Shown: positions 1 through 11,992 of the stretch, piece by piece
Layout: every line of letters begins with the position of its first letter
How positions within the stretch are numbered: the first letter of the stretch is position 1
Source: Octopus vulgaris
Lineage: Eukaryota
Assembly: GCA_951406725.2 (NCBI GenBank)
Contig: OX597834.1
Location: 27,776,001-27,840,000 of the forward strand
Direction: 5' to 3'
Length of the DNA stretch: 64,000 bases
Position numbers and translations under genes: made by a program
The notes under the pieces: model-generated
Seen by the model: the letters and a program-made list of their open reading frames with translations, nothing else
Databases searched by the model: none
Told to the model about the DNA's origin: nothing

Positions 1-53
1 TTATTATTATTACTACTACTACTACTATTATTATTATTATTATTATTATTATT

Positions 54-106
<53 letters not shown>

Positions 107-188
107 TATTATTATTATTATTATTATCATTATTATTATTACTACTACTACTATTATTATTACTATTATTATTATTATTATTATTATT

Positions 189-253
<65 letters not shown>

Positions 254-338
254 CATTATTATTGTTATTGTTGTTGCTGTTGTTATTCTTGTTATCATTA
301 TTATTATTATTACTGTTGCCATCATCGTCGTAATCACT

Positions 339-415
<77 letters not shown>

Positions 416-500
416 CATTATTATTGTTATTGTTGTTGCTGTTGTTATTCTTGTTATCATTATTATTATTATTACTGTTGCCATCATCGTCGTAATCACT

Positions 501-546
<46 letters not shown>

Positions 547-567
547 CCATCATCATCATCGTCGTCG

Positions 568-629
<62 letters not shown>

Positions 630-645
630 GTCGTCATCATCATTA
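1..645. repeat. Compound (ATT)n/(ATC)n/(ACT)n microsatellite with an internal ~160-bp tandem duplication
   Basis: Trinucleotide runs; the block ttattgttattgttgttgctgttgttattcttgttatc...gtaatcactatc occurs twice (~256 and ~418). Confidence 0.95.
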
Positions 646-1101
646 TTTATTCGCATTCTGCCTTGTTTCTCTTTAATTTCAGAATCAGGAACATCAGAAT
701 GAGATCAGATAGTTGTTAGTGAGAGGATGTTAGTTTTTTTTTATCATTTTTGTTTATTTGTTTGTCGGTTTTCTTTTTTTCCTTTTCTGTTTGTATAATG
801 TCCTCTTACGTGGTATGTGCCGTTGTTTTTCGTTTTGGCTTTTTGTTCGGTTCAGTCCTACTCGCTCCTCTTCTTGTCATTGTGTCTGTCAGCTGTATTC
901 ATCCCTGGTTTCGTTTATATCATTTGTATTGTGCCTTAAGCCATACAATACACTTCTACACAAAAACAGTATACATGCATGCATATATATTTGTGTATAG
1001 GTGGGTCTACATCTATATAGATATGGCTACATATAAATGCATATATATACTGGCATACTTTATATATTTATATGTATATATTATATATGTGTGTGTATAA
1101 A

Positions 1102-1154
<53 letters not shown>

Positions 1155-1194
1155 TGTATTGATGTATATAAATACATAGAATCATATGTATGCA

Positions 1195-1232
<38 letters not shown>

Positions 1233-1466
1233 CATATATATACATATATATATATGTGTGTATATATATATATATACACATATATACATATGCATATATA
1301 CATATATATATGTATATATATACACGCATATGTATATATACATATGTATATTTACTCATATATATATGCATATAGTATTTATATATGCTTGCATATATGT
1401 AAACATATAAAGACATACACACAGAGACTTCTATATATTCACATGCATGTATGTGTGTGTGTGATT

Positions 1467-1552
<86 letters not shown>

Positions 1553-1554
<2 letters not shown>

Positions 1555-1660
1555 CCTCGTGGAGCTTTAAGTGTTTCCGCTCAATAAATACACACAACGC
1601 CCGGTCTGGGAATCGAAACCGCGAGCCCGCTGCCCTAACCACTGGGCCACTGTGACTCCA
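1553..1660 (-). mobile_element. tRNA-derived SINE, head D fragment
   Basis: Reverse complement of the head seen at 8124 and 29669 (TGGCCCAGTGGTTAGG A box, GTTTCGATTCCC B box). Confidence 0.85.
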
Positions 1661-1899
1661 GTTCTCAGTAATAATTGAAAAGTATTATTTATTTGTACAT
1701 CTATCCTCGTTTATTATCATATCCATATTTTAGATCACGTGTGTAAAACCTTATATTTTTTTCATTAGATATTTGAGTTTAATGAATTAACTGTTTCATA
1801 TTAATGTAAGCATTTTGCATTTTAAACGTTTCTTCTTTGAACAAATTTTCTGGAGCGTGACACAGAAGGTAGATAGAAGGGGCGATACTATTTTATTAA

Positions 1900-2900
1900 C
1901 ACGAGGGTTATACCAAATGTATTATGAAAGTGAGCACAACATTTCTTTTTAATTGATGCGGGTTCGTTCAAGCTGCCCATGTTGGTAGGATAGCTCTTCT
2001 TCTGTTGGTAGAATAACTCTTCTTCTGTAGGAACTCTTCTTGTTCTTCATTATAAATAATGAGTTCCAAACAATAGCAACTTTTAGCATTTAAACCGGCC
2101 ATGTCCGGCCAAAAGTATTCTGCCTGTTTTATGTTCAAACTGGCCAGATCTGGTCTGTCACACCAACCCTACAATATTGTTTTAAAAATTAACAGCTACC
2201 TCATCAAAATCTCATAGCTACAAGATAATGCATGATTAGTTCAAAACAATGTGGATGAAGAAACATTAATTTTGGCAGAATAATGCAAACACTAAAGGGT
2301 TAAGTTCTTGACGAAGAAGGGATACCGGCTGACTGACATCTGCAGATGGCTTACAGGTTGCTTATGTAGATGACACTTGACAAGAGCAATCTGCATAGAT
2401 GGATAAAGAATTTTAAAGGAGGGAAAAATAGCATTGTGGACAAACCACTAAGTGGGAGACAAACCACCAACTGCGACCAATGACACAAATCATTACTGAG
2501 CGGGTGAAATGATTCGCGCGGACAGGAGAGTCACAATCTGGAGTTTGCTGCACGACTGCTCTTTAGCCACAATACATTACAGAAGATATTGCTATACTTT
2601 GGGTATCAGAAAGTGTGGGCAAAGAAGGTAGCTCGGCAGCCGACGCCTGGTTTGAAGAGAAGGATGGAAGTTTGCTCTGATCTAATGGAAGTGCCTGAAG
2701 CTTTGTGATGGGAGAACGAATACCCAGTCCATGGAGTGACATCCAGTCTCCTCTTTAACACCTATGACATTCATTAGTAAGTGACCATCATAAAAAGTAA
2801 TGGTTACATTGTGGGAATGTAAAGGGCGTCATTGTACTAGATTTTCTGAAGCGTGGCTGGGAACTTTCGGCCATTTATGTTCGAAATTAAAATCTCGTTG
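1900..2900 (+). mobile_element. Decayed mariner (Tc1/mariner) transposon, interrupted by a MITE
   Basis: Frameshifted peptides TLDKSNLHRWIKNFKGGKNSIVDKPLSGR, EMIRADRRVTI and FGYQKVWAKKVARQPT (WVPR-like motif); acgagggt start resembles mariner termini. Confidence 0.8.
2078..2303. mobile_element. piggyBac-like (TTAA) non-autonomous element/MITE
   Basis: Ends aacttttagcatt ... actaaagggttaa (imperfect TIR, TTAA); second diverged copy at 20380-20555. Confidence 0.65.
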
Positions 2901-3099
2901 TAGAGTTTAACCCATACAGGCAATGCTTCCCGGTAATACTGCTAAGATTCCTAAAAAAATGTTTGTAGTCTTTATGCACACAGGTTATAATGCTTCAGCA
3001 TAGGTTGTTCAGCTAATGTATTTTATGACTCAGAATTTCGACGCTAACTTTTGTCGTTCTTGTTCATCACTAACTCAAGATTTGACGTACCACAGACAC

Positions 3100-4150
3100 T
3101 GTTATGCATCTGGTACAATGAATGCCTTCAGCATTCAAGATGTCAGACACCTAGACTTGGTCTTTGCTTGACTCGGACCTATCAAAGAAACGACAACTTC
3201 CATTTCTATAGTGACCGACACCATTACTGTGACGTCATGTAGACTGGCTCTCCGTCGGTTACGACGACGAGGGTTCCAGTTGATCTTATCAATGGAACAA
3301 ACTGCTCGCAAAATTAACACGCAAGTGGCTGAGTATTCCACAGACACGCGTACCTTAACGTAGTTCTTTTGGAAATTCAGCCTGTCACAGAATGTGACAA
3401 CCCTGACCCTTTGAAACACAAGTACAACTCATTTTTGCCAGCTGACCTCATCTACGCATACCAACATGGCCTTCCTATATTCGAGTTCGAGAGGTTTACA
3501 CTTCAACGCATCTACCGTTTGTAGCAGTATCTCATGAACAAACATGCACAAAAACCAAGAGAAAGGACATCCTTGAGGGCCAAAAGGTTCCGATATAATC
3601 ATACTATTTTCGGCATTTAGTCTAATTACCTAGCAAATTCCATTTTACTTTGGAACAATTCATTCTCTCAAAACTGGATCGCGACTCATTGAAGAAAGCT
3701 GACTTTTGACTTTCTCGGAAGTCTTGGATATATCCCTGTGGATCAGAGCTGCACCGAAGCCAAGTTTATTGCACAATCTCTGCATGAGTTATCAAACGGG
3801 GTCGAAATTGACATCTGTATATCTAAATCTGCCAAAAATCTCACAGACCAACCTTCCCGATCCTAGTAAAGGCGACAAGTGCAATTCTCTTTGCGAATAC
3901 CGTGGCCAAAACATTAAGCTGCACTAAATGAAGTTCTGGGCTTAGAAACTGTTGATGATAACACCACCCCATCGCCATATTTGCATTCCTCGACAGTGCA
4001 ATAATTCCTCGGTTAATACATTTGGGAAAGTATCTAGCCTGTTGCTAGTTGTGATAGATGTGTCTGCCAAGAGAAAGACGATCATGTCTGGCAAGTGTCC
4101 ATACAGCTTGTAGTGTCGACCATCAAAACGAATATTCCATTGCACCTGCG
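3100..4150 (-). pseudogene. Degenerate Tx1/L1-clade LINE reverse transcriptase fragment, split by a SINE
   Basis: Minus-strand peptides FDGRHYKLY, LATVFAKRIALV, AALIHRDISK, PQGCPFS and DVTVMVS follow RT motif order (GLDGLPYE, KILAKVLAKRL, LDQSKAFD, QGCPLS, YADDVTV). Confidence 0.7.
3248..3445 (-). mobile_element. SINE family C, 3' part (tail T1)
   Basis: Matches 42285-42480 in reverse complement. Confidence 0.85.
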
Positions 4151-4236
4151 TGAATGTGTATTTAGTTAGCTCCCCTTACATTCTGCGTTCAAATACTTGA
4201 AACCGGGTTTGGTGACCATCTCAAAATCATCATCAC

Positions 4237-4291
<55 letters not shown>

Positions 4292-4336
4292 GTTATCGAA
4301 TGGTAATGAATAATGTGAGAGAGACAGACAGACTGA

Positions 4337-4395
<59 letters not shown>

Positions 4396-4559
4396 GAAGA
4401 AAGAAAGGAAGAAAGAGAAACGAAAGAAAAAATCAAGCGATGGAAAAGAAATTAGGGAAAGAACCTCCATAATGAAAAGATGGATTGGTGGAAAAACAAA
4501 GATAGAAAGAAGGAGAAGAAAAAAGAAACAAGCAAAAATAGAGAAGGAACTGAAAGAAA

Positions 4560-4625
<66 letters not shown>

Positions 4626-4815
4626 AAAAAGCAGAAAGTGACGGAGCGAAAAGAAAAGAAATCTAATACGCCATCATTTTGAGTCTAAAGAATCTAAAGC
4701 AAGTTGTAATAGCAGCCCTTTAAGTAAAACAGCTTTAAACGAAGACCATTCTTTTGCTGAAGATCTGCTTCTTACTTCCCCGTGAAGAAGAAAAAAAAGG
4801 CCATTAATAATAATG

Positions 4816-4867
<52 letters not shown>

Positions 4868-5156
4868 TAATAATAATAATAATAGAAGGGCTCTGTTGTT
4901 GGGTTTTTGTTGCTGTTAGGGTTGCTACCAATGTTATTTGTTATTGCTGCTACTGTGGTTGTTGTTCTTGATGGTAATGGTGGGTGGTGGTGGTGGTGGT
5001 GGTATTTGTTGGTGTTGCTGCTCCATTATGAGTGACAGAAGGTCCCGATGCCAGCCAAACACCCCAAGAATCCCATACCATATTTTTAACACACAGTTAT
5101 CTCCCACTTAGCGAAAGTTATTTTGCACCCCGGAGCGATATTAAACATTTTGTTTT

Positions 5157-5224
<68 letters not shown>

Positions 5225-5246
5225 AAACATATCTATCTATCTCTTC

Positions 5247-5306
<60 letters not shown>

Positions 5307-5350
5307 AGGTATACACATTTATATATATACATAAATACATGCACACAAAA

Positions 5351-5407
<57 letters not shown>

Positions 5408-5415
5408 TAGTTAGA

Positions 5416-5460
<45 letters not shown>

Positions 5461-5699
5461 ATAAACATATATGCATGTACATTTGCATAGATACATACGG
5501 ATGGATATACGTGTGTGAATATCTATATATCTATATATATGTGTGTGTGCGTGTGTGCGTTTGTGTGTATGTATATGCATACTTATCCATATCTATGTGT
5601 ATATATATATATATATGTGTGTGTGTACGTGTGTATGTATGTGTGTGTGCGTGTGTGCGTTTGTGTGCATGTATATACATACTTATCCATATCTATGTG

Positions 5700-5732
<33 letters not shown>

Positions 5733-5766
5733 ACGTGTGTATGTATGTGTGTGAATGTGTGAATGT

Positions 5767-5817
<51 letters not shown>

Positions 5818-5914
5818 TATGTTCATTCTCCATCTTTATTTCTCTCTACGTTTCTGCCAAGACATTATTTTTTTCTTATTTTTTTCTTTTCTTCTTTCTC
5901 TCCAAAAAAAATCT

Positions 5915-6190
5915 AATGCACTGAGCAAACTGGGGGTTAAACCGACATCGTTGCGGTTCGTTGGCCGACAGATGGCTCTTCCCAACTCGATTGCTGATTC
6001 GCTGTAGTAATGATAGCTTAATCTCTCGGCTTGAGTCGATGTCGGTTTGTTAGAAGCATCGTGTACTCAGCATATGCTCATATGGATGCGTTCTGTGCTG
6101 GAGTTCTGTACCTTCATTGGAGGTATGCTGGCACCTAGGTGGTGTTAGTTTCTAACTCACACCACGCCATGCTGGTTTCTACACCAGGTT
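5915..6190 (+). other. Unique island with five abutting hairpins; candidate structured RNA
   Basis: 12-bp perfect helix 5939-5950/6037-6048 plus four adjacent stems; no long ORF. Confidence 0.45.
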
Positions 6191-6630
6191 TAGGTTTTCT
6201 TCTTTTTTCTTCCTTAATTTATGGAGTTTTTTTCTCTCTTTTTTTTTCTGTTTTGTTATTTGTTTGCGTGCCATGTTTTTATTTTATTATTCTTTTTTTT
6301 TTTGCTCTCGTTAATTTTTTTTTTTTTGTTGTATTTCACTATTATGTAGTTTTGCTGTTTATATTTTTGCGATTTTTAAACATTATTTGTTTGTTGCGTT
6401 TATGTATTTTTGCTTTGGAGAAGGTAGCAGAAGATAAACAACGGTGTTAGAAACAGAGAGAGAGAGAGAGAGAGAGAGAAAAGAAAAAAGAGAGAGAGAA
6501 GGAGAGAAGGAGAGAGGGAGAAGAGGCAGAGACAGACAGACAGAGATAGTGAGAATGAGAGAGGGATAAAAAGAGTTATAAGACAAACGGAATTAGCCGA
6601 GCTTTGTCGAAATCGAAAAATATAACATGC

Positions 6631-6667
<37 letters not shown>

Positions 6668-7130
6668 TAGATAGATGCATAAATATATTTATATAAAAGA
6701 TAAAAATCAACGAAGAAACTCTGGAGCTGTCAAGCTGACAGACAATGTTTGATGTAGACTGACAGAGTGTGAGCGGCGCAGACTTAACAGATTGACAGGC
6801 AGTCAGTCGAAGAGAGACAACAGGCAGACATGGTGGCGGACGAAGATAGGAACAGACAGGCAGACAGACAGATAGACAGGCAGGCAGGCGGTCAGGCAGG
6901 CACTGAGACAGGCAGGAGATAGTCAGACAGTTAGACACACACAGAGATAATCTGACGGACTTAAGTTGAAAGATTTGAGAAACTCAAAAACCTGCAGGAC
7001 AATAAGAGAAACGGCCATTGGCTGACGGGGCAACAGGCTGGTGGACACAGAGGCCAGCTGAGAGAGAGACGGACAGACATGAACCAGTCACATACTAGAG
7101 TCCACAGGAGACGGTTTCCTGTCAAAGATA

Positions 7131-7541
7131 GAAAGGCTGAAGACGTTCGACCTTTATTCTCTAGAAAAACGACGACACCGTGGTGATCTCATTCTCGCTC
7201 ACAACATCATAAGCGGAAAGTGTAACCTCTCGAAAGAGCTGTTCTTCACTCCTGCTCCAGAGCGTCGGCTGCGGGGTCATTCCGAAAAGCTCTACCTGCG
7301 ACGATTTCATTTCAATCGAAGGAGAGGAGCTTTCTCCGTCCGGGTTGCGGATCCGTGGAACAAGCTGCCAGACGAGATGGTGAAGATGCCGACGACCGCT
7401 TTGTTCAAAGTCTCCCTTGACCTCAAGTGGCCTGAACTCTTTACATGAACACCACCCTGTACTTAACTCCATGTCCCCCTACATGGCCTTGCTATTTGCT
7501 TTTGAGCCAAAAATTAACTAACTAACTAACTAACTAACTAA
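7131..7541 (+). mobile_element. 5'-truncated CR1-type LINE: ORF2 C-terminus, 3' UTR and (TAAC)n tail
   Basis: Open frame 7131-7448: ERLKTFDLYSLEKRRHRGDLI...RGHSEKL...FSVRVADPWNKLPDEMV...FKVSLD; tandem TAAC tail. Confidence 0.9.
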
Positions 7542-8123
7542 CACTGTATAACAAAAATTTTCTCTTTTTTTTTGTCTTTTTTTCTGTTTTTTTTAATTTT
7601 TTGTCATTGGACAGTTAGTGATATATCCTATTTGCTTCGATCTAGAAATCAAAGGAAATGACTAACATTCCCTTCAAAGTTTGCATACGTAAGCAGGACA
7701 TCAAAGTTTTGAAACTGACCTATTTTCCATTACATTTCAGACAGATTCAGCGCTGAGTTCCTGAAGCAGAAATATCGTTACGTTATAGCAAATATTCTGC
7801 TCAACACCACAGATTTGCTTGCCAGTTGCTTGACCTTAACCACTTGAGCATGTCCCTTGGTAACTGATGATATGTGCATCTCTGACATGAACAACAGCAA
7901 TGGGCCGGGGAGGGCATAATAGCCATGTGTTAGGAGGGATACTTTGGGGTTTTCAATAAATGTAAGAAAGTCAAGGTTTGAAGGAAATAGCCATTTTTCG
8001 TACTTTCTAGGAGTAAGCAAATAGGAAATAACAGTGGCAAAAATCATGTTAATAATTATAGTACAAATAAAAATGTAATAATAATGATAATAATAGAAAT
8101 AATTGTTATAATCCTGTCTACTG

Positions 8124-8428
8124 TGGAGGCGCAATGGCCCAGTGGTTAGGGCAGCGGACTCGTGGTCGGAGGATCGCGGTTTCGATTCCCAGACTGGGCG
8201 TTCTGTGTGTTTATTGAGCGAAACCACCAAAAGCTCCACAAGGCTCCGGCAGGGGGTGGTGGAGACCCCTGTTGTACTCTTTCGCCCCAACTTTCTCTCA
8301 CTCTTTCTTGCTGTTTCTTGAGTAACGCTGTGATAGACTGGCATCCCGTCCAGCTGGGGGGGAACACATACGCCACAGAAACCGGGAAACCGGGCCCATG
8401 AGCCTGGCTAGGCTTGAAAAGGGCGCAT
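8124..8428 (+). mobile_element. tRNA-derived SINE, head D + tail T2
   Basis: A/B boxes; tail contains gatagactggcatcccgtccag, resembling the V-SINE domain. Confidence 0.85.
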
Positions 8429-8854
8429 ATGTAAATAATAAAATCGTGTTACTCAGTGAAATGGGACAGATGATTATTTATGCTACTGGGAAGAGACAAA
8501 GGAATTACCTTTAGTAGATAGTTCTGGCACTCGTCAAAAACATAGATTTAGTAGTCATTGCTAATAGACTTCATACAGGTTTAGGAGTTTTAGCTCTTAT
8601 TTCTTGCAATGTACGTGCTTTAGCATCCTCAGTCACGATTAGTGACGCTTAAATTTTTCCTTCATATACATGTATATTCATTTATATACACGTGCATATG
8701 TATGTGTGTATACATACACATATACATATACAGATACATACACATATACAGATATCTATGTATATATCTATACATAGATATGTTTATTCATATATATATA
8801 TAAATATGCGCGTGTATACATATCTATATACACACGCGTACATTTCCATACGCC

Positions 8855-8891
<37 letters not shown>

Positions 8892-8944
8892 CAAAATTAT
8901 ACAAAAAAAAAAGCAAAAGACAAAGACAGCCCAAGGAAAAACAA

Positions 8945-9013
8945 TTTGCTCGATCAAAGGCGGTGCTCCAGTATGGCCACAGTCAAATGACTGAAACAAG
9001 TAAAAGAGTAAAA
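8945..9013 (+). mobile_element. SINE family A, 3' fragment
   Basis: ggcggtgctccag...gtcaaatgactgaaacaagtaaaagagt as in the full copies. Confidence 0.85.
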
Positions 9014-9096
9014 GGGAGAATGGGTTCGTTTGAATTTTCGATTTTTCGAATTCTCACTTCGTTCCGTCTCTCTCCTCCTCGTTCGTTTTTACAGTT

Positions 9097-9128
<32 letters not shown>

Positions 9129-9260
9129 TGCATATATATACATACACAAACAGACATACATACACACACACATACGCACACACACACAGAGAAATCGAGA
9201 GCACTAGTTACTTCTGCCGTTTAACCTGGTTTCATTCATTTCTTTCACTCTAACATTCAG

Positions 9261-9700
9261 ACCACTGTGCAGAGATGCAGAGATGCAGAGACATATTGCA
9301 GCTATGGGGTCCGACGCGTTACGCACGTTCTGTTTTAATTAAACTGTCTGATTCTCTCCCGATCTGTAATTATGGCTTTCATTCGGCAGTTCGCCGGCGG
9401 CCCGAACACTTGTGGCGTTCCTCTAATTCGGCGGCAACCCCGATAAAACGCAGCTACCGACCAACACCGCGAGCTGGGCTCGAAGCTGCGTTGCTCCACG
9501 GTGTCCCGAATGTGGAGCCGCTTTGCTCGCGCCCAACTACGGTGGGAGCGTCAGGAAGCTGCATGCCGCCGCCGACGGCATGCTAGGTTGCAGTCGCCGA
9601 CGTAGACGAAAGCCTTGCACGTGGGTCCACCACCACCACCGCCTCCGCCGCCGCCGCCGCCGTCACCGCATTTCTATAGTGCCGTGAATGTGTTGAAATT
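9261..9700. other. CpG/GC-rich unique non-coding island with several hairpins
   Basis: Sharp rise in GC and CpG; stems 9447-9455/9484-9492, 9493-9499/9512-9518 and 9561-9568/9576-9583; TAAT motifs. Confidence 0.5.
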
Positions 9701-9820
9701 ATTTTATTCTGCAGTCAACACCTGATGACTGTCGAATGGTTTGCGTATTTCCCATTTGTTGCGTGCATTTTCTTGCCTGTTTGTCTCTCCGTACATTTTA
9801 TCACTTTCCCCACTCTCTCT

Positions 9821-9858
<38 letters not shown>

Positions 9859-9940
9859 CTCCCTCTCACGCACACACACACACACACACTCTCGCTCTCT
9901 CTCATACACAACACGCGTGCACACATATATACATGCATAA

Positions 9941-10170
9941 GGCGGCGATCTGGCAGAAACGTTAGCACGCCGGGCGAAATTCTTAGCGATATTTCGTTTG
10001 CCGTTACGTTCTGAGTTCAAATCCCGCCGAGGTCGACTTTGCCTTTCATCCTTTCGGGGTCGATAAATAAAGAACCAATTACGCACTGGGGTCAATGTAA
10101 TCAACCTAATCCCTTCGTCTGTTCTTGTTTGTCCCCTCTATGTTTAGCCCTTGTGAGCAGTAAAGAAATA
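9941..10170 (+). mobile_element. SINE family B (MetaSINE-like central domain), full copy
   Basis: ggcggcga-ctggcagaa head, gtcgactttgcctttcatcctttcggggtcgataaa core, taaagaaata end; near-perfect TSD atatat(a/t)catgca. Confidence 0.9.
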
Positions 10171-10277
10171 TATATTCATGCACACACACTCACAGACATA
10201 CACATATTGGGTAGCATCTAACATTTTCTATCGAAAGGGATTTTAGACTCAATATTTATACGTCTTTTCAATGTGAA

Positions 10278-10402
10278 AAGTTTGCTTCTCAACCACATAG
10301 TTCCAGGTTCAGTCCCACTGCGTGGCACCTAGGCTGTGTGTCTTTTACTATTGTCTGGAGGCCACCAAAGGATTTGGTAGACGGAAAGTAAAAGAAGCCC
10401 AT
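10278..10402 (+). mobile_element. SINE family A, 5' fragment
   Basis: ggttcagtcccactgcgtggcacc...gatttggtagacggaaa. Confidence 0.8.
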
Positions 10403-10404
10403 CA

Positions 10405-10530
10405 TGTATAATTGCGAGGATGATCCGGTTCTTGACTGAAGATTGAAGGCTTCGAATGTCCCGTCCGTGTTTTTTGTATCGTCTTCTAAATGTTGTGCGT
10501 TCTTGTCCCAGTTTGTATTTTTGTACATAT
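10405..10530 (+). repeat. Short interspersed element abutting (TA)n; second copy at 23668-23800 on the minus strand
   Basis: gatgatccggttcttgactgaagattgaaggc...ttcttgtcccagtttgtatttt shared by both copies. Confidence 0.8.
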
Positions 10531-10531
10531 A

Positions 10532-10589
<58 letters not shown>

Positions 10590-10608
10590 ATGTATACGCG
10601 TATGTATG

Positions 10609-10648
<40 letters not shown>

Positions 10649-10688
10649 GATAAATCTCAGAGCGAGTTATAAACAGTAGCGGTAACAC

Positions 10689-10798
10689 ATCGTGACGCAT
10701 ATTTGCCATTTGAATATGGCTAACCCCTAAGGGTGGATGCTACAAACTACAGTAGCATCCTTAGGGGTTAGCCATATTCAAATGGCAAATATGCGTCA

Positions 10799-10802
<4 letters not shown>
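10689..10802. repeat. Foldback inverted repeat: 42-bp perfect arms plus a 9-bp inner stem
   Basis: 10689-10730 is the exact reverse complement of 10761-10802; ggatgctac/gtagcatcc inside. Confidence 0.95.
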
Positions 10803-10837
<35 letters not shown>

Positions 10838-10840
<3 letters not shown>

Positions 10841-11032
10841 CGTCTGTATCACTAGCGATTTTTTTTCCCGTCTTCCCTTCTTGGGATCTTTCCTTCTCCT
10901 ATGTTTCCGACGAAGAGCTCCGCTCGAAACGTCATACCCTCCTTCTTCCCTTCTTTCCTGAGCGTCCAATAATACTTTATTTGTTCCACGTCCTTGCGTT
11001 GTTTTTTTGTTTTTGTTTTCTTGTTTGGATTA

Positions 11033-11040
<8 letters not shown>
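10838..11040 (+). mobile_element. (TA)n-embedded element with a minimal hammerhead motif (Penelope-like pLTR relic)
   Basis: gttt-CCGACGA-A-GAGC-tcc-GCTC-GAAACGTC at 10903-10937; paralogue at 47670-47842. Confidence 0.7.
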
Positions 11041-11116
<76 letters not shown>

Positions 11117-11344
11117 CAACCAGTGTTGGTGTGTTTATTCTATGCATTAACGATTCTACTATCTCGCTGCTCTTTTCTGTCGATTCCTGTCATTCACCTA
11201 GAAATTTGTGGAAACGGGATTTGACGGTAATCAGTTACGTCTAACCTAGTATTTAATCACCAGTGTATTCGTCATTTTGTCGGCCCTGGAAGAACGAATA
11301 TCAGAAATGACCTCAGCAACGATTTGAACTCGGAAAATTTTCTG

Positions 11345-11992
11345 TCTATTATCTTTTAATCGTTCCAGTCATTTGACTGCAATCATGCTGCGACACGGCT
11401 TTGAATAACTGTTAGTCGAACAAATCAACCCCAGGACATATTTTTAAGCCCAGTACTTCTACCGGTCGCTAAGATACGGGGACGTTGACATACCATCACT
11501 GGTTGCTAAGCAGTGATGAGGGACAAACAGACACAAAGACACACACACATAGATATATACCCACATACATTGATACACACTTATACACACAAAAACACAC
11601 ACTTTTAGATATATACCCACATACATTGATACGCACTTATACACACACACACACACACACACTTAGATATATACCCACATACACTGATACACACTTATAC
11701 ACACAAACACACATACACTTAGATATATACCCACATACATTGATACACACTTATACACACACACACACACACACACTTAGATATATACCCACATACACTG
11801 ATACACCCTTATACACACAAACACACACACACTTAGATATATACCCACATACATTGATACACACTTATACACACACACACACACACCCGAGGCTATAGTA
11901 GGAGACACACACCCAAGCTTCCACGCAGTGGGGCTGAACCCAGAACCATGTGATAGGGAAGCAAGATTCCTACCACACAGCCACACCTGCGT
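11345..11992 (-). mobile_element. SINE family A copy with an internal minisatellite expansion
   Basis: Tail 11345-11545 and head 11888-11992 flank six ~57-bp units. Confidence 0.85.

Noticed and set aside
8124-8200. tRNA-like sequences here and at 15558, 29600 and 42165
   Set aside because: A/B boxes continue into SINE bodies; no proper acceptor stem
10430-10465. Hammerhead in the CTGAAGA-containing repeat (also 23740-23790)
   Set aside because: GAAA is replaced by GAAT and stems I/III cannot be formed convincingly
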